A stretch of 64,000 nucleotides of DNA from Blastocatellia bacterium (lineage in GTDB: Bacteria; Acidobacteriota; Blastocatellia; UBA7656), in NCBI GenBank assembly GCA_963765495.1, contig CAVXWP010000002.1, positions 448,001 to 512,000 of the forward strand, written 5' to 3'. Shown here in pieces: positions 20,703-31,432 of this stretch (positions are counted from its first letter, which is position 1; each line of letters begins with the position of its first letter). Both the position numbers and the translations under genes were made by a program. The notes beneath the pieces were generated by a model. The model was not told the DNA's origin, ran no database searches, and saw only the letters and a list, made by a program, of their open reading frames with translations.

Positions 20703-22613
20703 ATGCTTCAGTATTCTTTTGATGATCGTTTGGCAAACGCACTCATAAATGAAGGGTTAGTAACCCAGGATCAGCTCCTAAAAGTAAAGAAAATTCGAGA
20801 GCAGATGGACGGGCAGAAATCTCTCGGCGATGTGCTGATCGAGATGAATTATGTCAGCCGCCCTCGGCTGGAAGAATTGATCCGCCGCCAGCGCAGCCGC
20901 GCACGCGTAGGCGAAATACTCGTGAGCCGCCGCGTAGTCTCTGAGCGAGACGTGCAGGTTGCGCTCGAAACGCAGCGAAAATCCGCGCCTCCGGCAAAAC
21001 GCATAGGCGAGATTCTGCTCGACATGGGGCTTATAGAAGAGCGCCATATCATCGAGGCGCTGGCCGAAAAATTTTCGCTCGAAATCGTTGACCCGGATAT
21101 AAGCCAGATAGATCAGGAACTGATTCGCCGCACCTCGCTCAAATACCTCAAACGCCAGATCGCACTGCCTTTGAAACTAGAAGCGGGGCGATTGCAACTA
21201 CTGGTCTCGGACCCGACAAGGACGCCCTTCTTTGAAGAGATCAGCCGCCTCTTTCAATGCCGGGTGCAGTTGGTGCTGGCAACAAGCGCGGTCATAGTCC
21301 AGAAACTTGACCTGATAGACGTAATGCTTCAGGGAAAGGAATCCGGGTTTGCCGACTATCAAAAGGTCAAGTATCACTCGCTTGAAACGCAAGCGCCTCA
21401 GGGCGAAGACCGTGTGATCCAGATGGTTGACCAGTTGATTCGCGCAGCCATTGAAGAGGGCGCATCCGACGTTCATCTTGAGCCAATGGCCAACAAACTC
21501 AGGGTGCGGTACAGGCTCGACGGGGTGCTTGTCCACAAGATGGATTTCCCGCGCGATTACACGCCGCGTATCATCAGCCGCATAAAGATACTGGCCGATG
21601 CCGACGTGGCCGAACGGCGCAAGCATCAGGACGGGCGCATCTTCGTCAAGACCGATAAACAGGAGATTGATATCCGTGTTTCGTTTTATGCGACGGTTTT
21701 CGGCGAAAACGTAGTGCTGCGAATTCTAAATAAGGCTTCTTTGATCGGGTTGCAGGAACTTGGATTCGCTCCAAACATCCTGCGAATATACACGGAAGAC
21801 GTGCTGGCAGCACCCTCGGGGATAACGCTTATCACAGGGCCTACGGGGTCGGGCAAGACGACTACACTTTATAGCTCGATAGACTATTGCAATGATCCTA
21901 CGGTCAAGATAATTACCTGCGAAGACCCGGTAGAATACGTCATTGACGGGATATCGCAATGCTCGATAAACGAAAAGATCGGACTCACCTTTAACGAAAC
22001 GCTCCGTTCGATAGTCCGTCAGGACCCCGACATCATAGTGATAGGCGAAATCCGCGATAAATTCTCGGCAGATGTAGCGGTACAATCTGCTCTCACAGGC
22101 CACAAGGTATTCGCTACCTTTCACACGGAAGATTCCGTGGGGGCGCTCGTGCGCCTTATCAACATGGAGATCGAAACATCGCTGATCGCCTCGACCATAG
22201 GCGCGGTGCTGGCTCAAAGGCTTGTTCGCAAGGTCTGCACAAACTGCCGCGAAGAGTATTCGCCCGAAGACCGCGTACTCAGAAGATTTGGCCTGAGCCG
22301 GACCGACCTCAGCCGGTTTGCGCTCTATAACGGCAAGGGGTGTTCTGTCTGTAACTTCACGGGCTATCGCGGGCGGCTTGGGATTTATGAGCTTCTGGTG
22401 CCGAACGCCGACATCCGAGACGCCATCTTGCAGATGCGAACCATGCAGCAAATCCGCCAGATCAGCCTTGAGTCGTGCAACCTCTGCACCATGCAGGAAG
22501 ACGGCATGGCGAAGGCGCTCACTGGAGTGACGACGCTTGAAGAAGTATTGGAAAACGCGCCTCGCGTCTTTCATCATCGCCCGCTTGATGCGCTGTTCAA
22601 GATCATAGGGTGA
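20703..22613 (+). CDS. GspE/PilB family secretion/pilus ATPase with tandem MshEN-like N-domains
   Basis: ASDVHLEP, QDGRI, Walker A GPTGSGKTTT, EDPVEY, RQDPDIIVIGEIRD, two CxxC pairs, four RLGxxL-like repeats. Confidence 0.95.
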   Translation: MLQYSFDDRLANALINEGLVTQDQLLKVKKIREQMDGQKSLGDVLIEMNYVSRPRLEELIRRQRSRARVGEILVSRRVVSERDVQVALETQRKSAPPAKRIGEILLDMGLIEERHIIEALAEKFSLEIVDPDISQIDQELIRRTSLKYLKRQIALPLKLEAGRLQLLVSDPTRTPFFEEISRLFQCRVQLVLATSAVIVQKLDLIDVMLQGKESGFADYQKVKYHSLETQAPQGEDRVIQMVDQLIRAAIEEGASDVHLEPMANKLRVRYRLDGVLVHKMDFPRDYTPRIISRIKILADADVAERRKHQDGRIFVKTDKQEIDIRVSFYATVFGENVVLRILNKASLIGLQELGFAPNILRIYTEDVLAAPSGITLITGPTGSGKTTTLYSSIDYCNDPTVKIITCEDPVEYVIDGISQCSINEKIGLTFNETLRSIVRQDPDIIVIGEIRDKFSADVAVQSALTGHKVFATFHTEDSVGALVRLINMEIETSLIASTIGAVLAQRLVRKVCTNCREEYSPEDRVLRRFGLSRTDLSRFALYNGKGCSVCNFTGYRGRLGIYELLVPNADIRDAILQMRTMQQIRQISLESCNLCTMQEDGMAKALTGVTTLEEVLENAPRVFHHRPLDALFKIIG

Positions 22614-22654
22614 TCGTTAGAGCCTGAGTGACACATTAAGAGTGAGAAAGAATC

Positions 22655-22710
22655 AGACAGGATTTACAGGATTTTCCAACCATCTCTCAATAATCTTGTA
22701 AATCCTGTCT
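22655..22710. repeat. Inverted 9-mer array AGACAGGATTTACAGGATT ... AATCTTGTAAATCCTGTCT
   Basis: Read directly; lies downstream of the ATPase. Confidence 0.85.
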
Positions 22711-22886
22711 AAAAAATTCAACTCTTCACACACACCTTTATCTCTACCAATCTCTTGCGGCTTGATTTAGATCTAATCAGCATTACCGACAGACATTGCT
22801 TTTGGCAGGCATTGTAAACGACAATGATGAGTCACAAGCAAATCAATCGGACCAACGTTTGAAGCTGTATTCAGAGGAGAAGACTG

Positions 22887-24245
22887 ATGAGCGAACCTCT
22901 CTGTTTTGTGCTGATGCCGTTTGGCAAGAAGCCCGATATTGCCGGAACCCTCATTAATTTCGACGCGGTCTATAGCGATCTGATCGCCCCGGCCATCAAG
23001 GAGGCGGGGCTCTACCCCGTGCGCGCCGATGAAGAAATGACCGGAGGGATAATCCACAAACCAATGTTCGAGCGGCTGATCATTTGCGAATACGCGGTTG
23101 CCGATCTGACCACCGCAAACGCGAATGTCTTTTATGAGCTTGGACTCCGCCACGCCGTCCGTGGGTGGAGCACAGTCCTGATTTACTCGAAAGGCGGCAG
23201 CCAGCTCCCGTTCGACGTGGCCCCGTTGCGCGCCATGCCCTACACGCTGACAGCCGAGGGGGTTCCCGCAGATGTGGCTGCAACGAAGGAGGCGATTGTG
23301 AAACGCCTCGTCGAAGCTCGCAAGGCGGCTGCCGATGAGCCTGCTGTTGACAGCCCTGTCTATCAGCTTGTCGAGGGATACCCTTCGGCGATAGATCACG
23401 CGAAGACGGATGTCTTTAGAGAGCAGGTTCTATACTCCGCCGAGCAAAAACAGAAACTGGCGGAAGCGCGGAAAAAAGAACGTGAAGAAGCGGTTGAAGC
23501 GCTCAAGAAACTTGAGGCGGAATTCTCTCCGCTTGAGGATGTTGAATCCGGCGTTGTGATAGACCTCTTCCTCTCCTACCGCGCAGTCAAGGCCTGGAAA
23601 GAAATGATCTCTCTGGTCGCAAAGATGCCGCGCCCGCTTGCCAGAACCGTCATGGTGCAAGAGCAATTCGCTCTTGCGTTAAACAGAGACGGGCAAAGCG
23701 AAGAGGCGGAGAAGATTCTAAGAGAATTGCTTGAACGACGCGGACCTTCAAGCGAGACTCTCGGCCTGTTAGGGCGCGTTCACAAGGATCGCTATGACAA
23801 GTACCTTAATGAGGGTCAGAAAATTAAGGCGGCATCAGAATTGAACAGAGCTATTGATGCTTATCTGAAAGGATTCGAAGCCGATTGGCGCGATGCCTAC
23901 CCGGGGATCAATGCCGTCACTTTAATGGAGCTAAAACAGCCGCCTGACCCTCGCCGCGAACAACTGATCCCCATAGTCACATACGCGGTCGAACGACGCA
24001 TTGCTTCGGGCAAACCCGATTACTGGGATTATGCCACGATGCTCGAACTCGCGGTTCTGGCAAATGATGAGGAAAAGGCGACGGCGGCCCTAGGCGATGC
24101 TTTAACCTCGATGCGTGAAATCTGGGAACCGGAAACGACGCTTCGCAATTTGCGGTTGATCAGCAAGGCGCGCAACCAACGGGGTGAATCGGTGGACTGG
24201 ATCGCAGATATAGAAAAAGAACTGGAGAGCGCAGCACAAGGGTGA
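22887..24245 (+). CDS. Nucleoside deoxyribosyltransferase/hydrolase-like domain fused to a TPR region (DUF4071/MAP3K TRAF-binding, TPR-S-like)
   Basis: CFVLMPFG, VRADEE, ADLTTANANVFYELGLRHA, LPFDV; then LSYRAVKAW, ETLGLLGRVHKD, YPGINAVTL, DYWDYAT, WEPETT. Confidence 0.85.
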   Translation: MSEPLCFVLMPFGKKPDIAGTLINFDAVYSDLIAPAIKEAGLYPVRADEEMTGGIIHKPMFERLIICEYAVADLTTANANVFYELGLRHAVRGWSTVLIYSKGGSQLPFDVAPLRAMPYTLTAEGVPADVAATKEAIVKRLVEARKAAADEPAVDSPVYQLVEGYPSAIDHAKTDVFREQVLYSAEQKQKLAEARKKEREEAVEALKKLEAEFSPLEDVESGVVIDLFLSYRAVKAWKEMISLVAKMPRPLARTVMVQEQFALALNRDGQSEEAEKILRELLERRGPSSETLGLLGRVHKDRYDKYLNEGQKIKAASELNRAIDAYLKGFEADWRDAYPGINAVTLMELKQPPDPRREQLIPIVTYAVERRIASGKPDYWDYATMLELAVLANDEEKATAALGDALTSMREIWEPETTLRNLRLISKARNQRGESVDWIADIEKELESAAQG

Positions 24246-24299
24246 GGCTGCGCTCTCCCTCTCAAGACAGATTGATCGGGTTCGAGCGCGTCAGTAGGT

Positions 24300-25421
24300 C
24301 TATTGCAGGAAACCCGCGAAGTGATCTTTCTCAACTCTCTTTTCGGCCACTGCCCTGCCTACCTCTTGAAGCTCTCCTATGTGATCGACCGAATCCATTT
24401 GCTGGACGTTTTCCGGCTTTATATGGTCCAGGCCCAAAGCGGCCAGCCCCTCATAAGATAGCTCTGCGTTGTATCGCAGATAAGTGAATAGCTTTGGCGA
24501 GACGGGACCGCCCTTCCCCTTCATATCCCAGACTTCGCGATCTATTATGTCGCCTGCCTTGCATTCGCCGAACACACGACAAAGGAGGTCCTGCTCGTTT
24601 GAGGCGGCAAACATAAGTGCAGACGGTATCGAGGTAGCGTTGTAGATGAGATTCATCTCGTCGGGCGCGAGATTCAAATTCGCTCTCGGACTGGTCCCCG
24701 TTCCGATTGACACAAGTAACATCTGATCTTCGCCTGTCGGCCAGATCAGATTGTAAGGCTCGACCGTCGCCATCAAGAAAAGCTGAAACGCCGGATTGTT
24801 ATACATCGTGACGCCGCCATCGACAAAAATGAAATTGTTGCTTCCTACCTGTATGACTTCGGGGGGGAAATAGGTAGGAGCAGCGGTGCTTGCGCGCACA
24901 AGCTGCCAGAGAGGAAAATTCAGATTGCAGTCGGGCCTGTTCAGATCGCAGTTATATTTGGCTTTCGGGTTGTTTGAAACCGGCCAGGGCGAATCGGTTG
25001 TTGCGTTTCTCATTACAAGCAGCAATAAGGTTTTGAGTTTGTCGCTACCCAGCGTAGTATCGTCTCCTATAACCTCTCTAAGTTGATTTGCCAGCTTCTG
25101 ATCTTCAAACTTATAGCGAAACCGTCTGAGCAAGCTCGCCTTGTCGAACATCGCCGGGCCGCTGTTTATATAGAATGTTCTGATTTCGTCTACGCGCATT
25201 CCGAGCGAAACGCAGGTAGCGATGATCGCGCCCGTGCTCGTGCCTCCAATGTAATCGAAGTAATCGGCCAGGACGAAGGTGTCATCACACCCAAGCTCGT
25301 GCTGAAGGAGGCTCTCGATTCTGCCGAGCACTTCAATACTGATCATGCCGCGAATGCCGCCACCATCAAGGGCAAGCAATTTTCTTGGTCCCGTTTTGTT
25401 GATCTTATCGCTAACAGACAT
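24300..25421 (-). CDS. Patatin-like phospholipase
   Basis: LALDGGGIRG, GTSTG (catalytic Ser), RASTAAPTYF, DGGV (catalytic Asp). Confidence 0.95.
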   Translation of the reverse strand: MSVSDKINKTGPRKLLALDGGGIRGMISIEVLGRIESLLQHELGCDDTFVLADYFDYIGGTSTGAIIATCVSLGMRVDEIRTFYINSGPAMFDKASLLRRFRYKFEDQKLANQLREVIGDDTTLGSDKLKTLLLLVMRNATTDSPWPVSNNPKAKYNCDLNRPDCNLNFPLWQLVRASTAAPTYFPPEVIQVGSNNFIFVDGGVTMYNNPAFQLFLMATVEPYNLIWPTGEDQMLLVSIGTGTSPRANLNLAPDEMNLIYNATSIPSALMFAASNEQDLLCRVFGECKAGDIIDREVWDMKGKGGPVSPKLFTYLRYNAELSYEGLAALGLDHIKPENVQQMDSVDHIGELQEVGRAVAEKRVEKDHFAGFLQ

Positions 25422-25422
25422 A

Positions 25423-26049
25423 TCAATCTCCTTCTTTAACGAATATCGGATTAATAACTGCCACCTGCCCACCCATCCGCTTCACCCTTGAGGCGAAATC
25501 TGAGGTCCCTCCCGGCCCGTCGCCTGTGGGCTTTTCGTCCCACACCAGAACGGCATATAGATTATCCGCCGAGGTCAGAGCGCCGGCAGTTTCGATGATC
25601 CATAAATTTGCGCTCTCAAAGACTGACATTCCTTCGGGGGGGTCGCCCCTTTCCTCGTGCAGAAAAAATGTCTCGACTCCCTCGCGATTTTTAAGTTTAA
25701 AATAGCGTTCTTCCCAGTCGCTCGCAGGCAGGCGCACCGATTTATCGAGGAATTCCTCCTCGGGCAGAGCTATGAATAACCAGACCCTGGCTCCGCGATC
25801 AGCCGCGAGTTCCGCAAACAATATGTCTCCGCCACGCGCGCAACCGCTGATGGCCAGATCACGCGGACCCACATCCCACTCATCGAGTTGTTTAGCGATC
25901 CGGTCACGGACTGCGCGCTCTTTCTCAGGGGGAAACCGGGGCTCTTTCCGCCCGGGACTGTCTATCATATGCCCGCTAAAGATTACTACTTTATCAAAAC
26001 GCGATTCCGGGTTGCTGAGTTTTGCAAGATGCTCTTCGAGGACTGTCAT
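25423..26049 (-). CDS. Stand-alone SLOG-like nucleotide-binding protein
   Basis: IFSGHMID...RFP, ARGGDILFAE, AVLVWD, GPGGT; stop is 1 nt from the patatin start. Confidence 0.7.
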   Translation of the reverse strand: MTVLEEHLAKLSNPESRFDKVVIFSGHMIDSPGRKEPRFPPEKERAVRDRIAKQLDEWDVGPRDLAISGCARGGDILFAELAADRGARVWLFIALPEEEFLDKSVRLPASDWEERYFKLKNREGVETFFLHEERGDPPEGMSVFESANLWIIETAGALTSADNLYAVLVWDEKPTGDGPGGTSDFASRVKRMGGQVAVINPIFVKEGD

Positions 26050-26224
26050 ATTAATCACGCTAGCAGCAATTCGAACTGGCGGCTATTGAAACAGGTCAAA
26101 CAGGATTCAGAATATATACTCCTCGGCGGCATCTATTACAAGAGAGCGGTGCTGTTTCGGGTAGAGGAAGTCAGCCACTTCTCAGAACCATTCAGTTTTC
26201 CGGGATGTAGGATAGGAGAATAAG

Positions 26225-26260
26225 AATAGGCCGCCCGATCCGAGTCATCTGCGGCCTATT
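26225..26260. repeat. Short AATAGGCCGC...GCGGCCTATT hairpin of the AATAG/CTATT family; possible terminator for mltD
   Basis: 10-bp inverted repeat 22 nt past the mltD stop. Confidence 0.7.
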
Positions 26261-26282
26261 GTTCGATTTTTTGCAGCCCTGT

Positions 26283-27956
26283 TCAGTGGCGGCGGCGTGA
26301 AGATTTGCTGCTCGATTTACTGCTTGATTTAGAGCTTTTCTTCTTTTCGGTTTTTGAACTTCTGGAGGCCGTCGTAGTTCGCGCTCGAGTTTCGTTCTTG
26401 CCTCTTTTGGTGCTTCTGACACTGCGAGAGCGAACCTTCTTCTCGGTGTAACGACTGGATCGAACCTTCGACTTGGAGTTGCCTCGCGCCTCACTCACGC
26501 TCTTTGGAATTCGGATGGTCTGCCCTTTTTGCAGTCGGCTGCGAGCAGACATCTTATTCATCTGTGCAAGCTCTTGCACAGATACGCCGTGACGCGCCGC
26601 CAGAGAATTCAGCGTGTCGCCCCGTCTTACTTTATATGTGGCTACTCGTGTGGTGTAGGAGGGTGTGTAATGTTTTTCGGCTACTTCTTCGACCGGGATC
26701 ACGACCTTGCGAGTGCGCTGGTCTTCGGGCAGTTCCGCGTAGGCGATTTCGAACTTCTGCCCCATGCCGTAGGGCAGCTTCAGTTTGTATCGCTGATCGG
26801 GAGGCGAGACCCCCCGGCGAAGCTCGGGGTTTAGATCGCGTACAACCTCGTAGGGAACACCGACGAGGTCTGCCGCCACTTTGAGGTCTGTCTGGTCAGG
26901 CAGTTCAAAAGTGTCGTAACGCAGAGTCGGATCGGGCGTTATATTGAACCCGTAACGATCCTGGTTTTTGCTGACGATAACGATTGAAAGGATTATAGGC
27001 ACATAATTGCGGGTCTCCTGCGGCAACAGATTGAGCCGGTAAAGCTCCCAGAAATCGGCATAGCCACAGGTGGCGATGGCTTTATCCACGCGATTCTCGC
27101 CGGAATTGTAGGCGGCCATCGCAAGCAGCCAGTCGCCCGCAAAATGGTTGTTAAGCCATTTCAAATACTTTGCGGCGGCCCGAGTCGATTTCTCAGGTTG
27201 CGAACGATCATCAACCCATGAGGTCTGAGCCAGACCAAAACGCGTGCCCGTCGAAGGTATAAATTGCCATATCCCCTTTGCGGCGGCGCGCGAAAGCGCA
27301 TTCGGTTTCCAGACCGATTCGGCCTGCGCGAGCCATATCAGATCGAGCGGAACACCCTCTTCTTTGAAGATACGCTCGGCCATCTCGCGAAAACGACCCG
27401 ACCGCTTCAGACCTACTTCCATCGTCGAACGTCCACGCCCAACGGCGAAGTAATCTATAAACTGTACGACGGGAGGCGCTACCGAAAAATTGAAATCGTA
27501 CTCACCATATATGTTAACGCCGTCCGGCGTCACAGCCGCCAGATCGCTGTCTTTGATGTCGGATAATTCATCGAGCACGGACGGCTCGACCACTTCGGCG
27601 TGCTCCTTCTGGTCGTGATCGTCAGAGGGTGCGGCTTCGTGTTTGTGAATGCGTTCGAGCAGGTCGCGGTAGTAAGCCTCAAACCTTGCGTTCGATTTTA
27701 TGCTTATGCCGGATTTGAGGATCTCCTCAACGGCCCGGTCAAACATCTGCCTGCCGAGCGCAAGCTGGCTGTGCGCAAACGCCTCTTCCCCCTTGCGATA
27801 ATACCCTTCCGCGCGTTCTATGATTGCGGGTATGTCCCCTGATGACACTTGTTCCTGGGATTGAGCAAAGGAGGTGAGGGGTCCGGTTAGTAGTATGAGA
27901 AATATGAAGACGATAAAAACAACAAGACTGCGACCAGAGCCGTGTACTAGCCTCAT
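26283..27956 (-). CDS. mltD: Lytic murein transglycosylase (MltD-like) with a LysM domain and K/S/R-rich tail
   Basis: AQAES, AKGIWQF, AAYNSGE, ETRNYVP, LNPEL, YKVRRGDTL. Confidence 0.9.
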   Translation of the reverse strand: MRLVHGSGRSLVVFIVFIFLILLTGPLTSFAQSQEQVSSGDIPAIIERAEGYYRKGEEAFAHSQLALGRQMFDRAVEEILKSGISIKSNARFEAYYRDLLERIHKHEAAPSDDHDQKEHAEVVEPSVLDELSDIKDSDLAAVTPDGVNIYGEYDFNFSVAPPVVQFIDYFAVGRGRSTMEVGLKRSGRFREMAERIFKEEGVPLDLIWLAQAESVWKPNALSRAAAKGIWQFIPSTGTRFGLAQTSWVDDRSQPEKSTRAAAKYLKWLNNHFAGDWLLAMAAYNSGENRVDKAIATCGYADFWELYRLNLLPQETRNYVPIILSIVIVSKNQDRYGFNITPDPTLRYDTFELPDQTDLKVAADLVGVPYEVVRDLNPELRRGVSPPDQRYKLKLPYGMGQKFEIAYAELPEDQRTRKVVIPVEEVAEKHYTPSYTTRVATYKVRRGDTLNSLAARHGVSVQELAQMNKMSARSRLQKGQTIRIPKSVSEARGNSKSKVRSSRYTEKKVRSRSVRSTKRGKNETRARTTTASRSSKTEKKKSSKSSSKSSSKSSRRRH

Positions 27957-28161
27957 CTTTGGATTGTCCCTTTCGATTTGAGATTCCCTGCCAGGATGAA
28001 ACTGCGATTCAGGCGAAATTGTCCAGAGGCTGTCGCCAGGGGCTACTCCAATCGCAATCTCAACCATCCCGCTCTCAATTCTTGGCGAGTGGGGAGGTTA
28101 TAACACGCAAAGTCCTGTCCGGTCAATAAGAAAGGGGGTGCCGCAACAAATTTGAAACACT

Positions 28162-28362
28162 TGGTCGGGGGCCAGGGGCCAGGGGCCGGGGGCCGGTTTA
28201 GTCAGGGCATTCATCGTATAAAATCGAACTTCATTTTTAGGACAGTGTTAATAGCCCACGGATGACGCGGATCGGGCGGATCAACGCGGATCAACGCGGA
28301 TCAGATTCGTACCGGCTTCAATACCCCCGCCAACTGCCTGCCGGCCCCCGGTCCCTGGCCCC
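28162..28362. repeat. Composite element: inverted (GGGGCCR)n ... (YGGYCCC)n arms enclosing an AATAG/ACGCGGAT array
   Basis: Left arm 28168-28195; nested array 28250-28304; right arm 28342-28362 abuts the lon stop. Confidence 0.9.
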
Positions 28363-30729
28363 CTAAAGAATCGCCGTCTTCAACGCCTGGCGAACCGAGT
28401 CAACAAAAACGAAGTTGATCTCCTTAAACAATTCCTTGGGAACTTCCTCCAGATCGCGCCTGTTCTGCTGAGGTATGACTATCGTAGTGACGCGGGCGCG
28501 GCGAGCGGCGAGCACTTTCTCCTTAATTCCGCCCACTGGAAGGACGTTGCCTCGCAGGGTGATCTCGCCCGTCATCGCTACCGACCGCTTTACGGGTTTG
28601 CCCGAAAGGGCGGAAACGAGCGCGGTCGCAAGCGTAACACCTGCCGAAGGTCCATCCTTCGGGATAGCGCCTTCCGGCACGTGGACGTGGATGTCAAAGG
28701 TTGTGAATTTTTCCTGATCTATGCCAAGTTCATCCGCCTTCGACTTGGCCCATGAGAAGGCGGCCTGCGCGGACTCTTTCATCACATCGCCCAGCTGGCC
28801 CGTGAGCAGAAGATTGCCTTTCCCCCTGGTGAGCAGCGCCTCGATAAACAAAATATCGCCGCCCGCAGGCGTCCAGGCCAGCCCCGTGGCCACGCCTACC
28901 TGATCTTTCTTCAGCACTTCATCGGGGTGGATATGAGGTACGCCCAGGAATTCATAGAGTTTCTTGGCCGTCACGCGGACCAGTCCATCATTGCCCTCGG
29001 CAACGCGGCGAGCCACTTTGCGGCAAATCTGAGCGATGTTGCGCTCCAGTTGCCGCAGCCCCGATTCGTGCGTGTACTGCTGTATGACCGCGCTCAATGC
29101 CGACCGGCTGATGGCCAGATGGCGAGAGGTTATTCCGTGCGCATCCATCTGTTTTGGGATGATGTGACGACGGGCAATCTCTATTTTTTCCTCTTCGGTG
29201 TAACCGGCCAGGCGAATGACCTCCATTCGATCACGCAGGGCCGCGTGAATCGTGTCAAGCACATTGGCGGTCGTCATAAACATCACGTTAGAGAGATCAA
29301 ACGGAACACCGAGATAATTATCGCGGAACGAGAAATTCTGTTCCGGGTCAAGGACTTCAAGTAGCGCCGATGAAGGATCGCCCCGGAAATCGGCCCCGAC
29401 CTTGTCTATCTCGTCGAGCATGATAAGAGGGTTATTCGTCCCGGCCTGCTGTATCGATTGAATTATGCGACCGGGCATAGCGCCTATGTATGTGCGGCGA
29501 TGGCCGCGAATTTCGGCTTCGTCGTGGAGGCCGCCCAGACTGAGGCGCTGGAATTTACGATTCAGAGCGCGGGCTATGGAGCGTCCCAGACTGGTTTTGC
29601 CGACGCCGGGCGGACCTACGAGGCAAAGAATCGGCCCCTTGACTTTATCCTTGAGTTTGCGGACGGCGAGCGATTCGATTATTCGCTCTTTGACCTTTTC
29701 AAGCCCGTAGTGGTCTTCATCGAGTATCCCTTCGGCGCGCTTAAGATCGAGGTTCTCTTCCGAGGCGTTGGACCACGGGAGGCTCACCATCACATCGAGG
29801 TAATTGCGAAGGGTCGCGGACTCTGCGGCGTCAGGGTGCATGCGCTCAAGCTTCTTGATCTGGCGGTCTACCTCTTCTTCGACCGCTTCGGGCATTTTGA
29901 TCTGGAGCAACTTCTCGCGGTACATTGCGATCTCTTCGGCCAGTTCGTTGCCCTCGCCCAGTTCGCCCTGAATCGCCTTCAACTGCTGACGCAGGTAAAA
30001 CTCGCGCTGGGTGCGATCAATTTCGCCCTTGGCCTGCGAGTTGATCTCCTGTTGAACGAGCAGCACGTTGATCTCTCTGGCCAGAAGTTCGTTGACGCGG
30101 CGAAGACGATCAGCCGGGTTCAACTTTTCGAGCACGCTCTGCGCGTCAGAGACCTTTAGTTCCAGATTTGAAGCGGCCACATCGGCCAGACGACCGGGGT
30201 CTTCGAGATTGGCAACGATGGCCATCACTTCGGAAGAGATATTCTTCCCAAGCGTGATGGCGCGTTCGAGCGAGGCGCGTACGTTTCTGACCAGAGCTTC
30301 AAGCTCAAGTTCTTCGGCATCAGGCTCGAGGTCTGCCAGCGGCTCGATGTGGGCCAGCATATGAGGCAGGCTGTCATCGTAACGCGTGATGCGCGCTCGC
30401 GTCAGCCCCTGTACCAGAATGCGAATGCGCCCGTCGGGCATTTTTAGCATGCGCATTATGGCGGCAGCCGTTCCGTAATTGTAAAGGTCTTCTCCCGCAG
30501 GCTCCTCTTTTTCAAGATCGCGCTGGGCCGCAAGCATAATCATGCGGCTTTCGGCCAGAGCCTGCTCGACGGCGCGGATAGAGCGTTCCCGCTGCACAAA
30601 GAGCGGGACGATCATAAACGGGAAAATGACTATATCTCTAAGCGGCAGAACCGGCAGCGAGTCGGGCAGTTGTATCTGCTCTTCGCTTGCTTCGATCTGC
30701 ACCTCTTCCGGGTCCATTAGTGATGACAT
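28363..30729 (-). CDS. lon: ATP-dependent Lon protease
   Basis: [44 protein letters not shown]. Confidence 0.98.
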   Translation of the reverse strand: MSSLMDPEEVQIEASEEQIQLPDSLPVLPLRDIVIFPFMIVPLFVQRERSIRAVEQALAESRMIMLAAQRDLEKEEPAGEDLYNYGTAAAIMRMLKMPDGRIRILVQGLTRARITRYDDSLPHMLAHIEPLADLEPDAEELELEALVRNVRASLERAITLGKNISSEVMAIVANLEDPGRLADVAASNLELKVSDAQSVLEKLNPADRLRRVNELLAREINVLLVQQEINSQAKGEIDRTQREFYLRQQLKAIQGELGEGNELAEEIAMYREKLLQIKMPEAVEEEVDRQIKKLERMHPDAAESATLRNYLDVMVSLPWSNASEENLDLKRAEGILDEDHYGLEKVKERIIESLAVRKLKDKVKGPILCLVGPPGVGKTSLGRSIARALNRKFQRLSLGGLHDEAEIRGHRRTYIGAMPGRIIQSIQQAGTNNPLIMLDEIDKVGADFRGDPSSALLEVLDPEQNFSFRDNYLGVPFDLSNVMFMTTANVLDTIHAALRDRMEVIRLAGYTEEEKIEIARRHIIPKQMDAHGITSRHLAISRSALSAVIQQYTHESGLRQLERNIAQICRKVARRVAEGNDGLVRVTAKKLYEFLGVPHIHPDEVLKKDQVGVATGLAWTPAGGDILFIEALLTRGKGNLLLTGQLGDVMKESAQAAFSWAKSKADELGIDQEKFTTFDIHVHVPEGAIPKDGPSAGVTLATALVSALSGKPVKRSVAMTGEITLRGNVLPVGGIKEKVLAARRARVTTIVIPQQNRRDLEEVPKELFKEINFVFVDSVRQALKTAIL

Positions 30730-30835
30730 ATTCAGTTTGGGTCCTCAGCGTCTAATATTGGATTGTAGGTTGCCAGAGTGATGGTGACAAGTGATTGGCA
30801 GTAAATAAGGAAGAAACGAGGGTACCTGTAGCCGT

Positions 30836-31309
30836 TCACTTTGTTCGGCGAGCGCGGCGGGTGCGGACCAGCGACTTAAGCTCGCTCATGAATTCCGATA
30901 CGTCTTTGAATTCCAGATAGACCGATGCGAAGCGGACGTAGGCCACTTTGTCGAGTTCTTTCAATCGCCGCATAATCATCTCGCCTATCTTATCGGTCGA
31001 ACGTTCGCGGTCGCGCGATTCCTGCACATACTTCTCAATGGAATTGACCAGACCCTCGATCTTCGACATAGGTATAGGCCGCTTCTCGCACGCTTTCATC
31101 ACACCCTGGAGCACTTTTTCGCGGTCGAACATCTCGCGGCGGCCGTCCTTTTTGACCACCATATAAGGTATTTCATCAATCCGTTCGTAGCTCGTAAAGC
31201 GCCGGTCGCATTTCATGCACTCTCTGCGGCGACGGATCACATCGCCTTCACGGCTCTCTCGGGAGTCAACGACTTTATCTTCGATATGACCGCAAAAGGG
31301 ACATTTCAT
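30836..31309 (-). CDS. nrdR: Transcriptional repressor NrdR
   Basis: MKCPFC, VVDSR, RRRREC, ATP-cone, [10 protein letters not shown]. Confidence 0.98.
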   Translation of the reverse strand: MKCPFCGHIEDKVVDSRESREGDVIRRRRECMKCDRRFTSYERIDEIPYMVVKKDGRREMFDREKVLQGVMKACEKRPIPMSKIEGLVNSIEKYVQESRDRERSTDKIGEMIMRRLKELDKVAYVRFASVYLEFKDVSEFMSELKSLVRTRRARRTK

Positions 31310-31339
31310 AGACTAATTTTCTCCACATTATTTTGATGA

Positions 31340-31432
31340 TGCGCAATTCGTGATACGTGATTTTAAGTGAGATGGCATATCTCATATAAATTGCTAACCC
31401 CTCGGATCACGAATCACACATCGCAAATCACG
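31340..31432. repeat. Degenerate inverted (TTCGTGA)n/(TCACGAA)n array
   Basis: Right arm contains the stop of 31428..32525. Confidence 0.7.

Noticed and set aside
22887-26049. Calling the locus CBASS or Thoeris
   Set aside because: No CD-NTase, and no canonical ThsA (SIR2-SLOG or Macro) or ThsB; only analogous parts.
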